Of a DNA stretch of 36,440 bases, positions 25,181-34,450 are shown in pieces. The stretch spans positions 1 through 36,440 of IMG/VR virus record IMGVR_UViG_3300045993_000165; one strand, given 5' to 3'. Each line of letters opens with the position of its first letter. The first letter of the stretch is position 1. This DNA comes from a virus. The translations under genes and the position numbers were made by a program. The notes below the pieces were generated by a model. That model had not been told where the DNA came from. It did not search any database and was given only the letters and a program-made list of their open reading frames with translations.

Positions 25181-25453
25181 TTAAACCCAAGTTGCTATTG
25201 CTACTTGCTTCCATGTATCTGTTGCAGTGCAAACATAGATAAAGTCTGCATCCCATGCAATAGTACCTTTCACGCCTGCTGCTGTTGCACTTGCAGGGGT
25301 GCTTGTTGCTACTACCAATAGTGGTGTAGTTACACTTGCAGGAGTAATAGCGTTGTTATTTGGAATAGCAACTCCACCTACCGTTAAATGTTCTACATCT
25401 ACTCTACCTGTTACACCTAGATTGCTCCAGGAATTTATTACGCCAGTTGTCAT
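25181..25453 (-). CDS. Small fibre-associated protein (90 aa)
   Basis: The C-terminal motif GTIAWDADFIYVCTATDTWKQV resembles small domains inside the 1488-aa fibre (DGTTWRVV, GATGWEGV). Confidence 0.5.
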   Translation of the reverse strand: MTTGVINSWSNLGVTGRVDVEHLTVGGVAIPNNNAITPASVTTPLLVVATSTPASATAAGVKGTIAWDADFIYVCTATDTWKQVAIATWV

Positions 25454-25477
25454 ACTATTTCTCCGTTTATATATTTA

Positions 25478-25939
25478 TTACTTCTTGTCATATATGTTTA
25501 AGTGGCTTGGTTGAACGTGTGTTGAAACCAGTTGATCCACTTTTGCATGATATGCTGCCACCGAAACCTCTATCTCGTGCATCTCTAATGATAGAGAACT
25601 TATGTTACCAGTCGTCCACACAAATGCTGCTATAATAAGTGACTGAATAGCACCTAATACCCACACACCTATCTTGTAACTTCCCCTAAACTGATTCAGT
25701 AAGGCGGCTTCATTTTCGGCATGTTCGCTAAAGTCTTTTCTATGATCTCTAAATGCAGTTACGTGATCATTCAATCTACCACTAATATCTTCTACTGCAA
25801 TAGTATTTTTTATTAGTGATTGATTGATGTTGTTTAGGACCATTAGGGTGGCACGTTTCTCAGAATCATTTTCGGCACTAATCATTGCCTCTATATCTAG
25901 TGTATTCATATGATCGGTTGCCCTTTTATTGTATTCCAT
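25478..25939 (-). CDS. Membrane protein of unknown function within the fibre cluster (153 aa)
   Basis: One clear hydrophobic helix (IGVWVLGAIQSLIIAAFVW). TAATG coupling to the 1488-aa gene. Confidence 0.5.
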   Translation of the reverse strand: MEYNKRATDHMNTLDIEAMISAENDSEKRATLMVLNNINQSLIKNTIAVEDISGRLNDHVTAFRDHRKDFSEHAENEAALLNQFRGSYKIGVWVLGAIQSLIIAAFVWTTGNISSLSLEMHEIEVSVAAYHAKVDQLVSTHVQPSHLNIYDKK

Positions 25940-28900
25940 TAGAAGTTACACTCTAAGTAAACTTGTGAAAGATGAGTAGCAGTTGCTGTTGCAGTAGCAT
26001 TATTTGCTCTGAAACATCTCCAATATAATGCTGCTGTATTTAGTGGTAGTTGAGTACCGGGGGTGCCGGCAGTTATTTGGCCACTTACACTTGCTGTGCC
26101 TGATATTAGGTTGCTTACTTTGTAATAAACTGTATCAGATACGTTAGTTGGCGCATATAATACTAATCTATACATATCGGTTTGTGAACTGCTCTTTGGA
26201 AAACCGCCACCTAATCCGATAGGCGTTTGTGCAGCACTACCACCGTAGTATAAACTCATATTAGTATCACCTGTTGCTGCACCAATACCAATAATATTAG
26301 TAAATGTAGCAGGAGAAGTAGTTGCTACTGGAGCAGTTGTAATATTTGTTAATCCAGCGAAACAAATTGCAGTTGCTAATGTATCATTTGGACCAAAAGT
26401 AATAGAAAGAAAGAATCCACCAGCAGTTCCTGTACCAAGGGTCATTGGTGTTCCGTTAGCGGCGGTATAATATCCACTTGCTAAACCTGCTGTACCTGCT
26501 GATACAGATGAAGTTCTTGGGAAACGAGTAAATCTATTTGTTATCGATGGAACAACGGCAGTTGAGGTAGCAATAATAGTTGGCGCAGTCATACCCGACA
26601 CAACTGGTGTTGCTACACCTTGCGTTGGTTGAATCCAACCAATGATCTTATCCATTTTACACGCCTGTAACATATAATCAACACCCGTCTGATCCTTCCA
26701 CTCAGGACTTGTTCTACCAGCCACTGCTTCACTATACATCAGTCCGACACCATCATTCGGTGTTGGTGGACTTGTTGGTGCATTAGGTAGTATTAAACAA
26801 ATATTTTCGTCATCATATGGATTAACTTCAACACCTTCCCAACCTGTGGCACCTTTACTTGTAATATTTAGAGTTGCACCACGCGGAATAGGAAGTGCCA
26901 CATTAGCAGCAAGCGCATCGATAGTTTGACCACTACTTGGATACACATTTAATGTATTTGCTCCGTGGTTTACAATAACATATGTTTGACCGACTGTAGC
27001 AGCACTCATTGCTGGTAATACAGCACCGGTATTCGCAGCCACTGTGCTAAAGAATGTAGTGGTTGCAGTAATCGCTGTAGCGGTTCCTTGTGTAGAACCT
27101 GCTGCTGATGCACCGTTTGTTGTAGTTTCTGGCGCCACAGGTCCAAGACCGTTCACATACAAACCAGTAGAGTCTACTTTGAGGCGTTCTGTTGTACCCG
27201 ATCCAAGTAGAACTGTATCTGATAGAGATGTACTGCCGTTTAACGAGCCTATAACGGTATTATTAATACCGGTAGTTATACATTTGCCGGCGTCCAAACC
27301 TATACCTATATTTCTACAACCAGTTGAAATATTATAACCCGCTGCACACCCAATCATAACATTGCCGCTACCGGTTGAATTACATGTCAGTGCTGTATAG
27401 CCTAATGCTATATTATTGTCGCCGAGGGTATTAAATCTAAGAGTACTACACCCTATTGCAATATTATAATCACCTATTGTATTAGCATTTAGAGCCTGAG
27501 AACCTATTGCTAGGTTGGCAAGTCCGGTTGTACTTGCTTGTAATGCGCCTGCGCCAAATGCATAATTGTCGACACCGATTGTATTTTTATTAAGTGCATT
27601 AAGTCCGATTGCAATATTATCGGCGCCTGTGGTGTTTGATGCTAATGCGCCTGTACCGATTTTTAAGTTATTAAAACCGTCTAAAGATGAACCACCACCA
27701 CTGCCACTAAACCCGCTTGTTCCTGTAGCACCACTATATCCACTTACACCGCTATATCCGCTACCGGCAAATGCGCCATCTATACCACTATAACCACTTA
27801 CACCACTATAGCCACTTGTACCTGCTGTTCCATTAGATCCGCTTACACCACTATAGCCACTTGTTCCTGCTGTTCCATTAGATCCGCTTACACCACTATA
27901 GCCACTTGTTCCTGCTGTTCCATTAGATCCGCTTACACCACTATAGCCACTTGTACCTGCACCTGTAGCGCCGCTGTAGCCACTTACACCGCTGTAGCCA
28001 GATAACCCAGAGAATAGTGTATTATTAACGTATAGTCCACTGTTATCGACTCTAATACGCTCACAGGTACCTGCACCGAGTAATAATGTGCAAACACACC
28101 CTGCTCCACCTGGTAATGAGCCAATAACTGTATTACTTGTACCAGTTGTAATCGAACAACCCGATATATTACCTATACCAATATTATTACTAGCATTACT
28201 ATACTGTAATGCAGATGAACCTATCGCAATACCATAGGATCCTGCTATGTTAGATGCTAATGCTAAACAACCCAATGCATTATTATTGCTGCCGTTATTT
28301 AAGGTTAATGCGTGCCATCCTAATGCGTTATTATTACACCCGCTTGTTGTTCCACACATTGCCTCATAACCGATAGCAAAGTTATTATGGCCGGCGGATA
28401 GATTTCTTAATGTTTTATATCCTTGAGCATAGTTATTATTACCTGTACCCGATAGGTAAAGTGCAGCATATCCTTGAGCAAAGTTATTACAGCCTGTGGT
28501 ATTACCGTATAACGACACATAACCTATAGCAGTATTATTACTACCTGTTGTATTTTTACATAAGGTTCCTGCACCGATTGCTAAGTTATTATTACCTAGT
28601 GTATTACTACCTAGTGCTCCGCCGCCTATACCTAAACTATTACGTGCGTTCATTGCAGCAACACCGCTGAAGCCACTTACGCCACTGTAGCCACTAGTTC
28701 CTGTTCCTGTGGCACCACTATAGCCAGATACACCACTTGCTCCGTTTGTGCCACTATAGCCACTTACACCAGATGCACCATTTGTTCCACTATAACCAGA
28801 TACACCACTATAGCCACTAGTTCCTGTTCCTGTGGCACCACTATAGCCACTTACACCAGATGCTCCGTTTGTGCCACTATAACCAGATACACCACTAACA

Positions 28901-30405
28901 CCTATATGCTCGTGTGACATTCTTAATAATGTACCATTACTAAAGGCACCGGCAGCAACATTATATGTAACTACGAATGTATGATATGCTCCGCTATCTG
29001 TATTGGATGTTACATTAAATCTTGCATATACATTATCATTAGTTTGATCTTTAAACTCTAAGGTATCACCGACCCCTATAGTATTTAGATAGGCACCTAA
29101 TGTGGTACCTGTATTATCAGCATCTTGTATCCATACTGTAGTAACAGATGCATAAGCAGAGTTATTAAATCTAACACCACCGTTACTCATTCCTACACCG
29201 CTTGCTGTAGTGGTGCTAAATGTCATTCCTACGCCGGACGATACACCGCTGAAACCACTTACACCAGAGAAACCACTATATCCACTTATACCGCTATAAC
29301 CACTTGTACCGGTTGCTCCGTTAGATCCACTTATACCGCTATAACCACTTGTACCGGTTGCTCCGTTAGATCCACTTATACCACTATAACCACTTGTTCC
29401 TGCTGTTCCATTTGAACCACTTACACCACTATAGCCACTGGTACCAGTTGCTCCGTTAGATCCACTTACACCACTATAGCCACTTGTGCCTGAATATCCA
29501 CTTAGTCCGTCAACACCAATAACCCCATTTGTACCTGAATATCCACTTGTACCTGAAGCACCTGTAGCGCCACTATAGCCACTTGTACCTGAAGCACCTA
29601 TTGCTCCACTAAACCCGCTATATCCGCTACCAGCAAATAGGCCGTTTAGACCACTTGTTCCGCTATATCCACTAACACCGCTTGCTCCGTCTACCCCAAT
29701 GACACCGTTTGCACCGCTATATCCACTTATACCTTGAGGGCCTGCTGTGGCAACCACACGCCATGTAGTGCCATCATATGTAAATGTTACTGTAACTCTA
29801 CCAATATCAATAATGAGTGGTCCTGCCAGACCATCAAATGTATGTCCGTTGCCGTTTATTGTTAGATTATTTGTTGCAAAGTTATCGTTATCTGTTATAA
29901 CGATTATGCTGCCAAGCACTGGAGCAGCGGGGAATGTCATTGTCCACGGGCCGCCTGCTGTACTTGCTAGGTATTGAGTATCTACAGTTGCATTTGTTGT
30001 TGTGGATACTGTTGTCCACGCTTTTAGAATACCGCTAAAACCACTATAACCCGATGTTCCGTTTGTACCATTTGAACCACTATATCCACTTTTACCACTA
30101 TAACCAGATGCACCATCTACGCCTATTATGCCATTTGATCCACTATAGCCGCTGTATCCACTAATACCGCTATAACCCGAGCCACCGCCGCCACCTATAA
30201 TAGGTAAGCCGTTGAGTGTTAGGTTATCGGAGTTATCAAGTGCTAAGTTACCAACGTGTCCAGTTGTGCTATTATACAATCCATCAATAGGAAGTACCGC
30301 GCTTGCTAATAGTTGTTGGAGTTGGAGTGCGTTGTTACTATATCCTGTATCGCCTGTTGTAGGCCATAAAATAGTTACTCCTCTGACCGTTATTGGTGAT
30401 GCCAT
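25939..30405 (-). CDS. Giant modular tail fibre (1488 aa) with multiple collagen-like GXY blocks and Cys-containing Hep_Hag-like beta-repeat blocks
   Basis: At least five GYSG.SG.NG collagen-like blocks alternate with globular segments and with two arrays of about 14-aa NN.A.G..AL..NT.G repeats. GAGGA RBS. Confidence 0.8.
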   Translation of the reverse strand: MASPITVRGVTILWPTTGDTGYSNNALQLQQLLASAVLPIDGLYNSTTGHVGNLALDNSDNLTLNGLPIIGGGGGSGYSGISGYSGYSGSNGIIGVDGASGYSGKSGYSGSNGTNGTSGYSGFSGILKAWTTVSTTTNATVDTQYLASTAGGPWTMTFPAAPVLGSIIVITDNDNFATNNLTINGNGHTFDGLAGPLIIDIGRVTVTFTYDGTTWRVVATAGPQGISGYSGANGVIGVDGASGVSGYSGTSGLNGLFAGSGYSGFSGAIGASGTSGYSGATGASGTSGYSGTNGVIGVDGLSGYSGTSGYSGVSGSNGATGTSGYSGVSGSNGTAGTSGYSGISGSNGATGTSGYSGISGSNGATGTSGYSGISGYSGFSGVSGFSGVSSGVGMTFSTTTASGVGMSNGGVRFNNSAYASVTTVWIQDADNTGTTLGAYLNTIGVGDTLEFKDQTNDNVYARFNVTSNTDSGAYHTFVVTYNVAAGAFSNGTLLRMSHEHIGVSGVSGYSGTNGASGVSGYSGATGTGTSGYSGVSGYSGTNGASGVSGYSGTNGASGVSGYSGATGTGTSGYSGVSGFSGVAAMNARNSLGIGGGALGSNTLGNNNLAIGAGTLCKNTTGSNNTAIGYVSLYGNTTGCNNFAQGYAALYLSGTGNNNYAQGYKTLRNLSAGHNNFAIGYEAMCGTTSGCNNNALGWHALTLNNGSNNNALGCLALASNIAGSYGIAIGSSALQYSNASNNIGIGNISGCSITTGTSNTVIGSLPGGAGCVCTLLLGAGTCERIRVDNSGLYVNNTLFSGLSGYSGVSGYSGATGAGTSGYSGVSGSNGTAGTSGYSGVSGSNGTAGTSGYSGVSGSNGTAGTSGYSGVSGYSGIDGAFAGSGYSGVSGYSGATGTSGFSGSGGGSSLDGFNNLKIGTGALASNTTGADNIAIGLNALNKNTIGVDNYAFGAGALQASTTGLANLAIGSQALNANTIGDYNIAIGCSTLRFNTLGDNNIALGYTALTCNSTGSGNVMIGCAAGYNISTGCRNIGIGLDAGKCITTGINNTVIGSLNGSTSLSDTVLLGSGTTERLKVDSTGLYVNGLGPVAPETTTNGASAAGSTQGTATAITATTTFFSTVAANTGAVLPAMSAATVGQTYVIVNHGANTLNVYPSSGQTIDALAANVALPIPRGATLNITSKGATGWEGVEVNPYDDENICLILPNAPTSPPTPNDGVGLMYSEAVAGRTSPEWKDQTGVDYMLQACKMDKIIGWIQPTQGVATPVVSGMTAPTIIATSTAVVPSITNRFTRFPRTSSVSAGTAGLASGYYTAANGTPMTLGTGTAGGFFLSITFGPNDTLATAICFAGLTNITTAPVATTSPATFTNIIGIGAATGDTNMSLYYGGSAAQTPIGLGGGFPKSSSQTDMYRLVLYAPTNVSDTVYYKVSNLISGTASVSGQITAGTPGTQLPLNTAALYWRCFRANNATATATATHLSQVYLECNF
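27797..27963. repeat. 45-bp tandem repeat, about 3.7 copies, inside the giant fibre gene
   Basis: cttacaccactatagccacttgt(a/t)cctgctgttccattagatccg starts at 27797, 27842 and 27887, with a partial copy at 27932. It encodes repeats of GSNGTAGTSGYSGVS. Confidence 0.9.
29281..29490. repeat. Diverged 45-bp tandem array, about 4.5 copies, inside the giant fibre gene
   Basis: ccacttataccgctataaccacttgtaccggttgctccgttagat repeats with point differences. It encodes repeats of GSNGATGTSGYSGIS. Boundaries are approximate. Confidence 0.75.
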
Positions 30406-30452
30406 AGATGTTTATCCTCGAAATGCGTAATGTATTTATGACTCGCGAAAAA

Positions 30453-30480
30453 TTGTTATTTTTGCAAATAGTGTTATAAT
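30453..30480 (+). promoter_or_regulatory. Sigma70-type promoter with extended -10 for the isolated plus-strand gene
   Basis: TTGTTA (30453-30458), 16-nt spacer, then TGT-TATAAT (30472-30480). The TGTTATAAT element is the same as at 7835-7843. Confidence 0.6.
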
Positions 30481-30485
30481 AAAGT

Positions 30486-30938
30486 ATGATAAATGCTAAA
30501 GACAAATATAGAAATCATATGGGTAGAGCCCGTCGCAGAAATATACCATTTCTTCTTACATTTGATGAATGGTTGTCCATATGGGAACAGTCCGGACATT
30601 CAAATAATCGCGGCCCCAATGAGGGACAATATTGTATGTCGAGGTATAACGATCTTGGAAACTATGAAGTTGGGAATGTATTTATTCAACTATCTTCAGA
30701 AAATGCAAAGCAGGGAAGGACCGGCATGAGAGATGGTATACGAACGAAACTTAATGCTGGCGAGTTGTATACAAAAAGAGTAAGATCGATTAGAACAGTA
30801 CCATTAAGAAAAGTCATGGTTAAAGATATTATTTATAATACTATTAAAGAAGCATCTAATGAGTTAAATGTATCTCAACAGTGTATTAGAAGTAGAATAG
30901 TTCAGAAATATGATAATGGGTCTTATCGATATCTGTGA
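30486..30938 (+). CDS. HNH-type homing-endonuclease-like protein, paralog 2, with C-terminal NUMOD1-like HTH
   Basis: GRARRRNIPFLLTFDEWLSIW...YCMSRYNDLGNYEVGNVFIQLSSENAK is paralogous to ORF 3778..4083. The C-terminal IIYNTIKEASNELNVSQQCIRSRIVQ is NUMOD1-like. It is the only plus-strand gene inside the minus-strand arm. Confidence 0.55.
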   Translation: MINAKDKYRNHMGRARRRNIPFLLTFDEWLSIWEQSGHSNNRGPNEGQYCMSRYNDLGNYEVGNVFIQLSSENAKQGRTGMRDGIRTKLNAGELYTKRVRSIRTVPLRKVMVKDIIYNTIKEASNELNVSQQCIRSRIVQKYDNGSYRYL

Positions 30939-30943
30939 CTCGT

Positions 30944-30970
30944 AAAAAAGGGACCGAAGTCCCTTATTTA
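30944..30970. terminator. Bidirectional rho-independent terminator
   Basis: aaaaaa-gggac-cgaa-gtccc-ttattta: stem 30948-30954 / 30959-30965 with an A-run on one side and a T-run on the other. It lies between two convergent genes. Confidence 0.75.
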
Positions 30971-30984
30971 TAGTTGTTAAACTA

Positions 30985-32253
30985 TTAGGATGTGATCCCT
31001 GTAAGTTTAGTACACACGGCTGGGCGTGTAACTAAAACAGATTGCTGACTGAAAATCCTAAAAGTAAATCCAGCAGTTGTTGGGGACTGAATAAAGATCT
31101 GTCCGTTATCTGTACCAGGAATGTTAAACGACACATCGCTGGATCCAATACGCACTGCGCGTTTTGTTGGGAACATAAATGCTTCGCCTTCCTTACAATA
31201 CTTGTGAGCCATAATGCTTAACTTACCGTTTTGGCTATGGAACTCAAGTGCTTCGAAGCCGCTAACGACTTTCTTAGAACTGTAAGAACTATCCAACATA
31301 CGATATGCCATTTGCTCTGTAGACAATGATTGCCATACGCTTGGGTTGACGTAAACATCAACATCTTCGCTTAAACCACGTGCAGAAGCAACTGCCACCG
31401 CGGATTGTAGTTTAGCAAGTGTCAAAGCACCGCCAACTGCATATGTGTTTGCTTTCCATAGCGAGTATGTAGCAGCGTTAATACCGAACAAAGAACCTGT
31501 GTTTAAGAAGATCTTGTCAAGTCCAACTGCTTCATCAGCGCCGTCAGTACCTGCACTGTAGAAACGCAAATAACCATTTGCAACATCTGTACCGTTGTCG
31601 ATAGCAGCGATGTCGCCTGTTGAGCCAGTTACAGTAATAGTTTTGTTAACTACGTCGATAGCCGACACAGTAACAGCACCGTCTGTATTCATAGCAGCAC
31701 CAGCAGATGTATAAACATCAAGTGCAGCACCTTCCAGTGGTGTCCACAAACCAGCACTCCATTCACCTGTTGCAAATGCAAGCGTTGTGCTTGTTGTGTT
31801 TACATTAGTGGATGTAGCAACTTGACCAAGACCTGTTGGAGATTGACCATACAACAGAGCAATTTCAAGTCTACGACCGAAAGATTCCATTGCATCACCC
31901 ATCACTAAGTCAACAGCATTGCGGAACGAGTTGACATTGTCAGAACGTGCCACTGCTTCATACGAAATACCAGATTGTTCCAAGATAATAAAACCGTCAA
32001 CTACTGCGTTTTGTGTCTTCATAGACGAAGCAGGATTCAAGTTGAATGTTCCATTATTCGGGCGGCTATAGGTAAACCCTTGCTCTGAACGTACGATGAC
32101 GGGAGCATTATATTGATTACCTAATAGGTAGTCACGTCCTTGGAATTTAATACCACGGGTTAAGAGAGATTCTTCGGGGATCAAATTCTCGATTTGATCA
32201 GCATAGGCCATCTTGAAGAGGCCATTTAAGTCAGTTGTTGTAGTTCCAGCCAT
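30985..32253 (-). CDS. Major capsid protein (putative, HK97-fold type)
   Basis: 422 aa, A/G/T/S-rich, with an AAAGGA RBS and a ~180-nt leader, ending at a strong terminator. No other ORF in the genome is capsid-like. The family was not verified. Confidence 0.65.
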   Translation of the reverse strand: MAGTTTTDLNGLFKMAYADQIENLIPEESLLTRGIKFQGRDYLLGNQYNAPVIVRSEQGFTYSRPNNGTFNLNPASSMKTQNAVVDGFIILEQSGISYEAVARSDNVNSFRNAVDLVMGDAMESFGRRLEIALLYGQSPTGLGQVATSTNVNTTSTTLAFATGEWSAGLWTPLEGAALDVYTSAGAAMNTDGAVTVSAIDVVNKTITVTGSTGDIAAIDNGTDVANGYLRFYSAGTDGADEAVGLDKIFLNTGSLFGINAATYSLWKANTYAVGGALTLAKLQSAVAVASARGLSEDVDVYVNPSVWQSLSTEQMAYRMLDSSYSSKKVVSGFEALEFHSQNGKLSIMAHKYCKEGEAFMFPTKRAVRIGSSDVSFNIPGTDNGQIFIQSPTTAGFTFRIFSQQSVLVTRPAVCTKLTGITS

Positions 32254-32436
32254 AATATATTTTCCTTTATAAAAATTGGCGTTAAAAATATAAGTGATAG
32301 CAAACCTATGCTATTACTTTGTCCTTTACGCATTTCTCTATTTTAAGGATTAGCCAGCAGCGTCCCATTCACTAGATGAATGTGTATAATCGTGTAGATG
32401 GGTTACCGCTACGGGGCTCATCTACAAAGTTATTTA

Positions 32437-33042
32437 TCATTTTGAATAAAAGTTTTCAAATAGGTCTGTAGTAAGAATATTTTTATCAAGATCACCTGTC
32501 ATATTACCAAATGTATCCCAATCAGTGGTAGTATGTCTGCTAAACATTTCGAGTTTATTTTGAAATGGATGCATACGAGTTATTCTTTCTCGAATATCGT
32601 GGGGTTTTTCGCTATGAACTGTTCTTGCTTTTGATAGAAACTGTCGTTCGTTTCGCGAACCTCTTGGCTGCGGTATCTTACCTTTTTTACCTACTATAAC
32701 TAGTTCTATCTGCGACATAGTATAATTACCGGGGTTTACTACCTGTTTATCCCATACAAATGCAATAGTTGTATATTTAAATCCCCACGAAGTAAGCACT
32801 TCGATAGCAACATCAAGCATAGGACTTCCTACCCACATATAGCATAAACAATCATCATCTGTAATAGTTGATACCGGCATTGCTTTTATATCTTCTATTT
32901 GCATTGTATCATAATGTGTAGAAGCGGACCCCGATAATAGGTCTGCAGATCCGCCATGCTGGGAGTTATTATATTCCCATGGCGGATCTGCGTATATTAC
33001 TTGATATTTTATTTCTATCTCTTCTATTGTTTTATAGTGCAT
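32437..33042 (-). CDS. MT-A70 family N6-adenine DNA methyltransferase
   Basis: Catalytic DPPW motif (VIYADPPWEYNN) near the N-terminus. The length (201 aa) and the downstream WGF..(V/I)W pattern are typical of the family. Confidence 0.8.
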   Translation of the reverse strand: MHYKTIEEIEIKYQVIYADPPWEYNNSQHGGSADLLSGSASTHYDTMQIEDIKAMPVSTITDDDCLCYMWVGSPMLDVAIEVLTSWGFKYTTIAFVWDKQVVNPGNYTMSQIELVIVGKKGKIPQPRGSRNERQFLSKARTVHSEKPHDIRERITRMHPFQNKLEMFSRHTTTDWDTFGNMTGDLDKNILTTDLFENFYSK

Positions 33043-33045
33043 ATT

Positions 33046-33447
33046 TTATCCGAATAAAGATGTTGGTAATGGTTCTATATTATTTAGGAATGTTATGCCT
33101 GGTATAGTTTTAAGGCCTTCAAACATTTGTGATCCTTCTCTTACAAAATAATATCTGGGCTTTGGTTTTATCCATATCGCTAGTTCGTGTTTATCAGTAG
33201 GTGGTTGTTCGTCAAATCTAAATGAAATTATGCCACATACATTAAGTGACTTGTGACATATGATATTACCCACTTTCTGTTCCCATGCACATCCGTTACC
33301 ATACCCAATAGAACGCATATCCTCGGCATCAAACGGATACTTAGTATCTATTAAATATTTCTTAAAGGTACCAGTATCTAATAACTCTTCCGGGTTATCT
33401 ATTAGGTATTGTACCGCTATTTCTCTAAACTTTAGTTCTGTTGTCAT
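33046..33447 (-). CDS. Hypothetical protein (133 aa)
   Basis: The ATG at 33447 has an AGGAG RBS, whereas the tracked ATG at 33471 has none. It lies immediately upstream of the methyltransferase. Confidence 0.55.
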   Translation of the reverse strand: MTTELKFREIAVQYLIDNPEELLDTGTFKKYLIDTKYPFDAEDMRSIGYGNGCAWEQKVGNIICHKSLNVCGIISFRFDEQPPTDKHELAIWIKPKPRYYFVREGSQMFEGLKTIPGITFLNNIEPLPTSLFG

Positions 33448-33495
33448 AACACTCCTATGTAATAGAAGCATTATATATTATTTATCTATAGAAAG

Positions 33496-33714
33496 TCAAG
33501 CAGTAGAGGCTGGTTTTAGTTTCTGACCCCCGCCAATTCCGACTATTAAAGCAGTAATACCTGTACCAAAGTTCAGTATATCGAAGGTATTACTCTTAAT
33601 AGTTACATACACTTGCAGTGAGATAGCAGCAAATAGCGCAAGAGCGCCTAAGAAGGCGATAATATCGAACGATGTGCCGTCTCTCTCAGTGAAAATGTCT
33701 TTTAAAAACTTCAT
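33496..33714 (-). CDS. Small two-transmembrane protein (72 aa)
   Basis: Hydrophobic helices FDIIAFLGALALFAAISLQVYV and ITALIVGIGGG. ATGA overlap with the upstream gene. Confidence 0.5.
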   Translation of the reverse strand: MKFLKDIFTERDGTSFDIIAFLGALALFAAISLQVYVTIKSNTFDILNFGTGITALIVGIGGGQKLKPASTA

Positions 33715-33935
33715 TCTATATTAAGTTTGTCAGCAACCATGTTAATCACTTTAATCGACTTCTCTAAGTCAAATACATTATCTGTAATAGAAAAGTTTTC
33801 TATAATGAGATTTATTACTTCTTGTCGTGTTTTATAACGCTGGTCGAACATCTGCACTATACACAACAAATACTTCTCTATATCGTCGTCGGGTATGAGT
33901 GCAGTTTCTTCCTCGCTTATTTTGAGTAGTCTCAT
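33711..33935 (-). CDS. Hypothetical protein (74 aa)
   Basis: Translationally coupled on both sides. Confidence 0.55.
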   Translation of the reverse strand: MRLLKISEEETALIPDDDIEKYLLCIVQMFDQRYKTRQEVINLIIENFSITDNVFDLEKSIKVINMVADKLNIE

Positions 33936-34450
33936 TTCTTCCTATATGTTACTGTTACAGTATCTATCTCAAATAAGTTATCAAATGTAGTTTCTATTAC
34001 CGGTTCTACTTTCTTTTCTACAAACGGTGCAGTGAATGTAACTGCTTTTGGTCTACCACTTACTTCTACAAACTCAAACTCCTCCCAGTTACTAAACATA
34101 TCTATCTTGATTAGTTCTTGAGTTACCATTGTTAGCAACTTGCAAGTTATTGCAGATAGATCTCGTTGAGTGCCTATCGTTAAGTTGTCGAGTATACCTT
34201 CCACTGCACTTTTAATGCTATTCATACCACCACCGGCTTGTTTACCCTTCCATGGCAGTTTTGCGGTTGGTCTTGCTAGTTGTTTACCTATTGCGTTAAA
34301 CTTAGCATCGTCGCAGGTTTCGCAATCCTCGCATATTTGAAATACTTCTGTTAGCCAGTTCATAATGAACTTCTTATCGCTAATATGTATTTCTCTATAC
34401 TCTGTAGTTGCCATTGTATCTTTAATTCTATATTCAAATTGTATTTTCAT
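33932..34450 (-). CDS. Hypothetical protein (172 aa)
   Basis: AAGGAG RBS 5 nt upstream of the ATG at 34450, preferred over the tracked ATG at 34465. Confidence 0.55.
   Translation of the reverse strand: MKIQFEYRIKDTMATTEYREIHISDKKFIMNWLTEVFQICEDCETCDDAKFNAIGKQLARPTAKLPWKGKQAGGGMNSIKSAVEGILDNLTIGTQRDLSAITCKLLTMVTQELIKIDMFSNWEEFEFVEVSGRPKAVTFTAPFVEKKVEPVIETTFDNLFEIDTVTVTYRKK

Noticed and set aside
21483-30405. Diversity-generating retroelement targeting the repeat-rich fibre genes
   Set aside because: No reverse transcriptase gene exists anywhere in the genome. The repeats are in-frame structural (GXY) cassettes rather than a template/variable-region pair with adenine-specific differences.
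30493-30729. 78-aa alternative-frame ORF within 30486-30938
   Set aside because: It overlaps the paralog-supported frame, and the other frame has clear homology to ORF 3778-4083.
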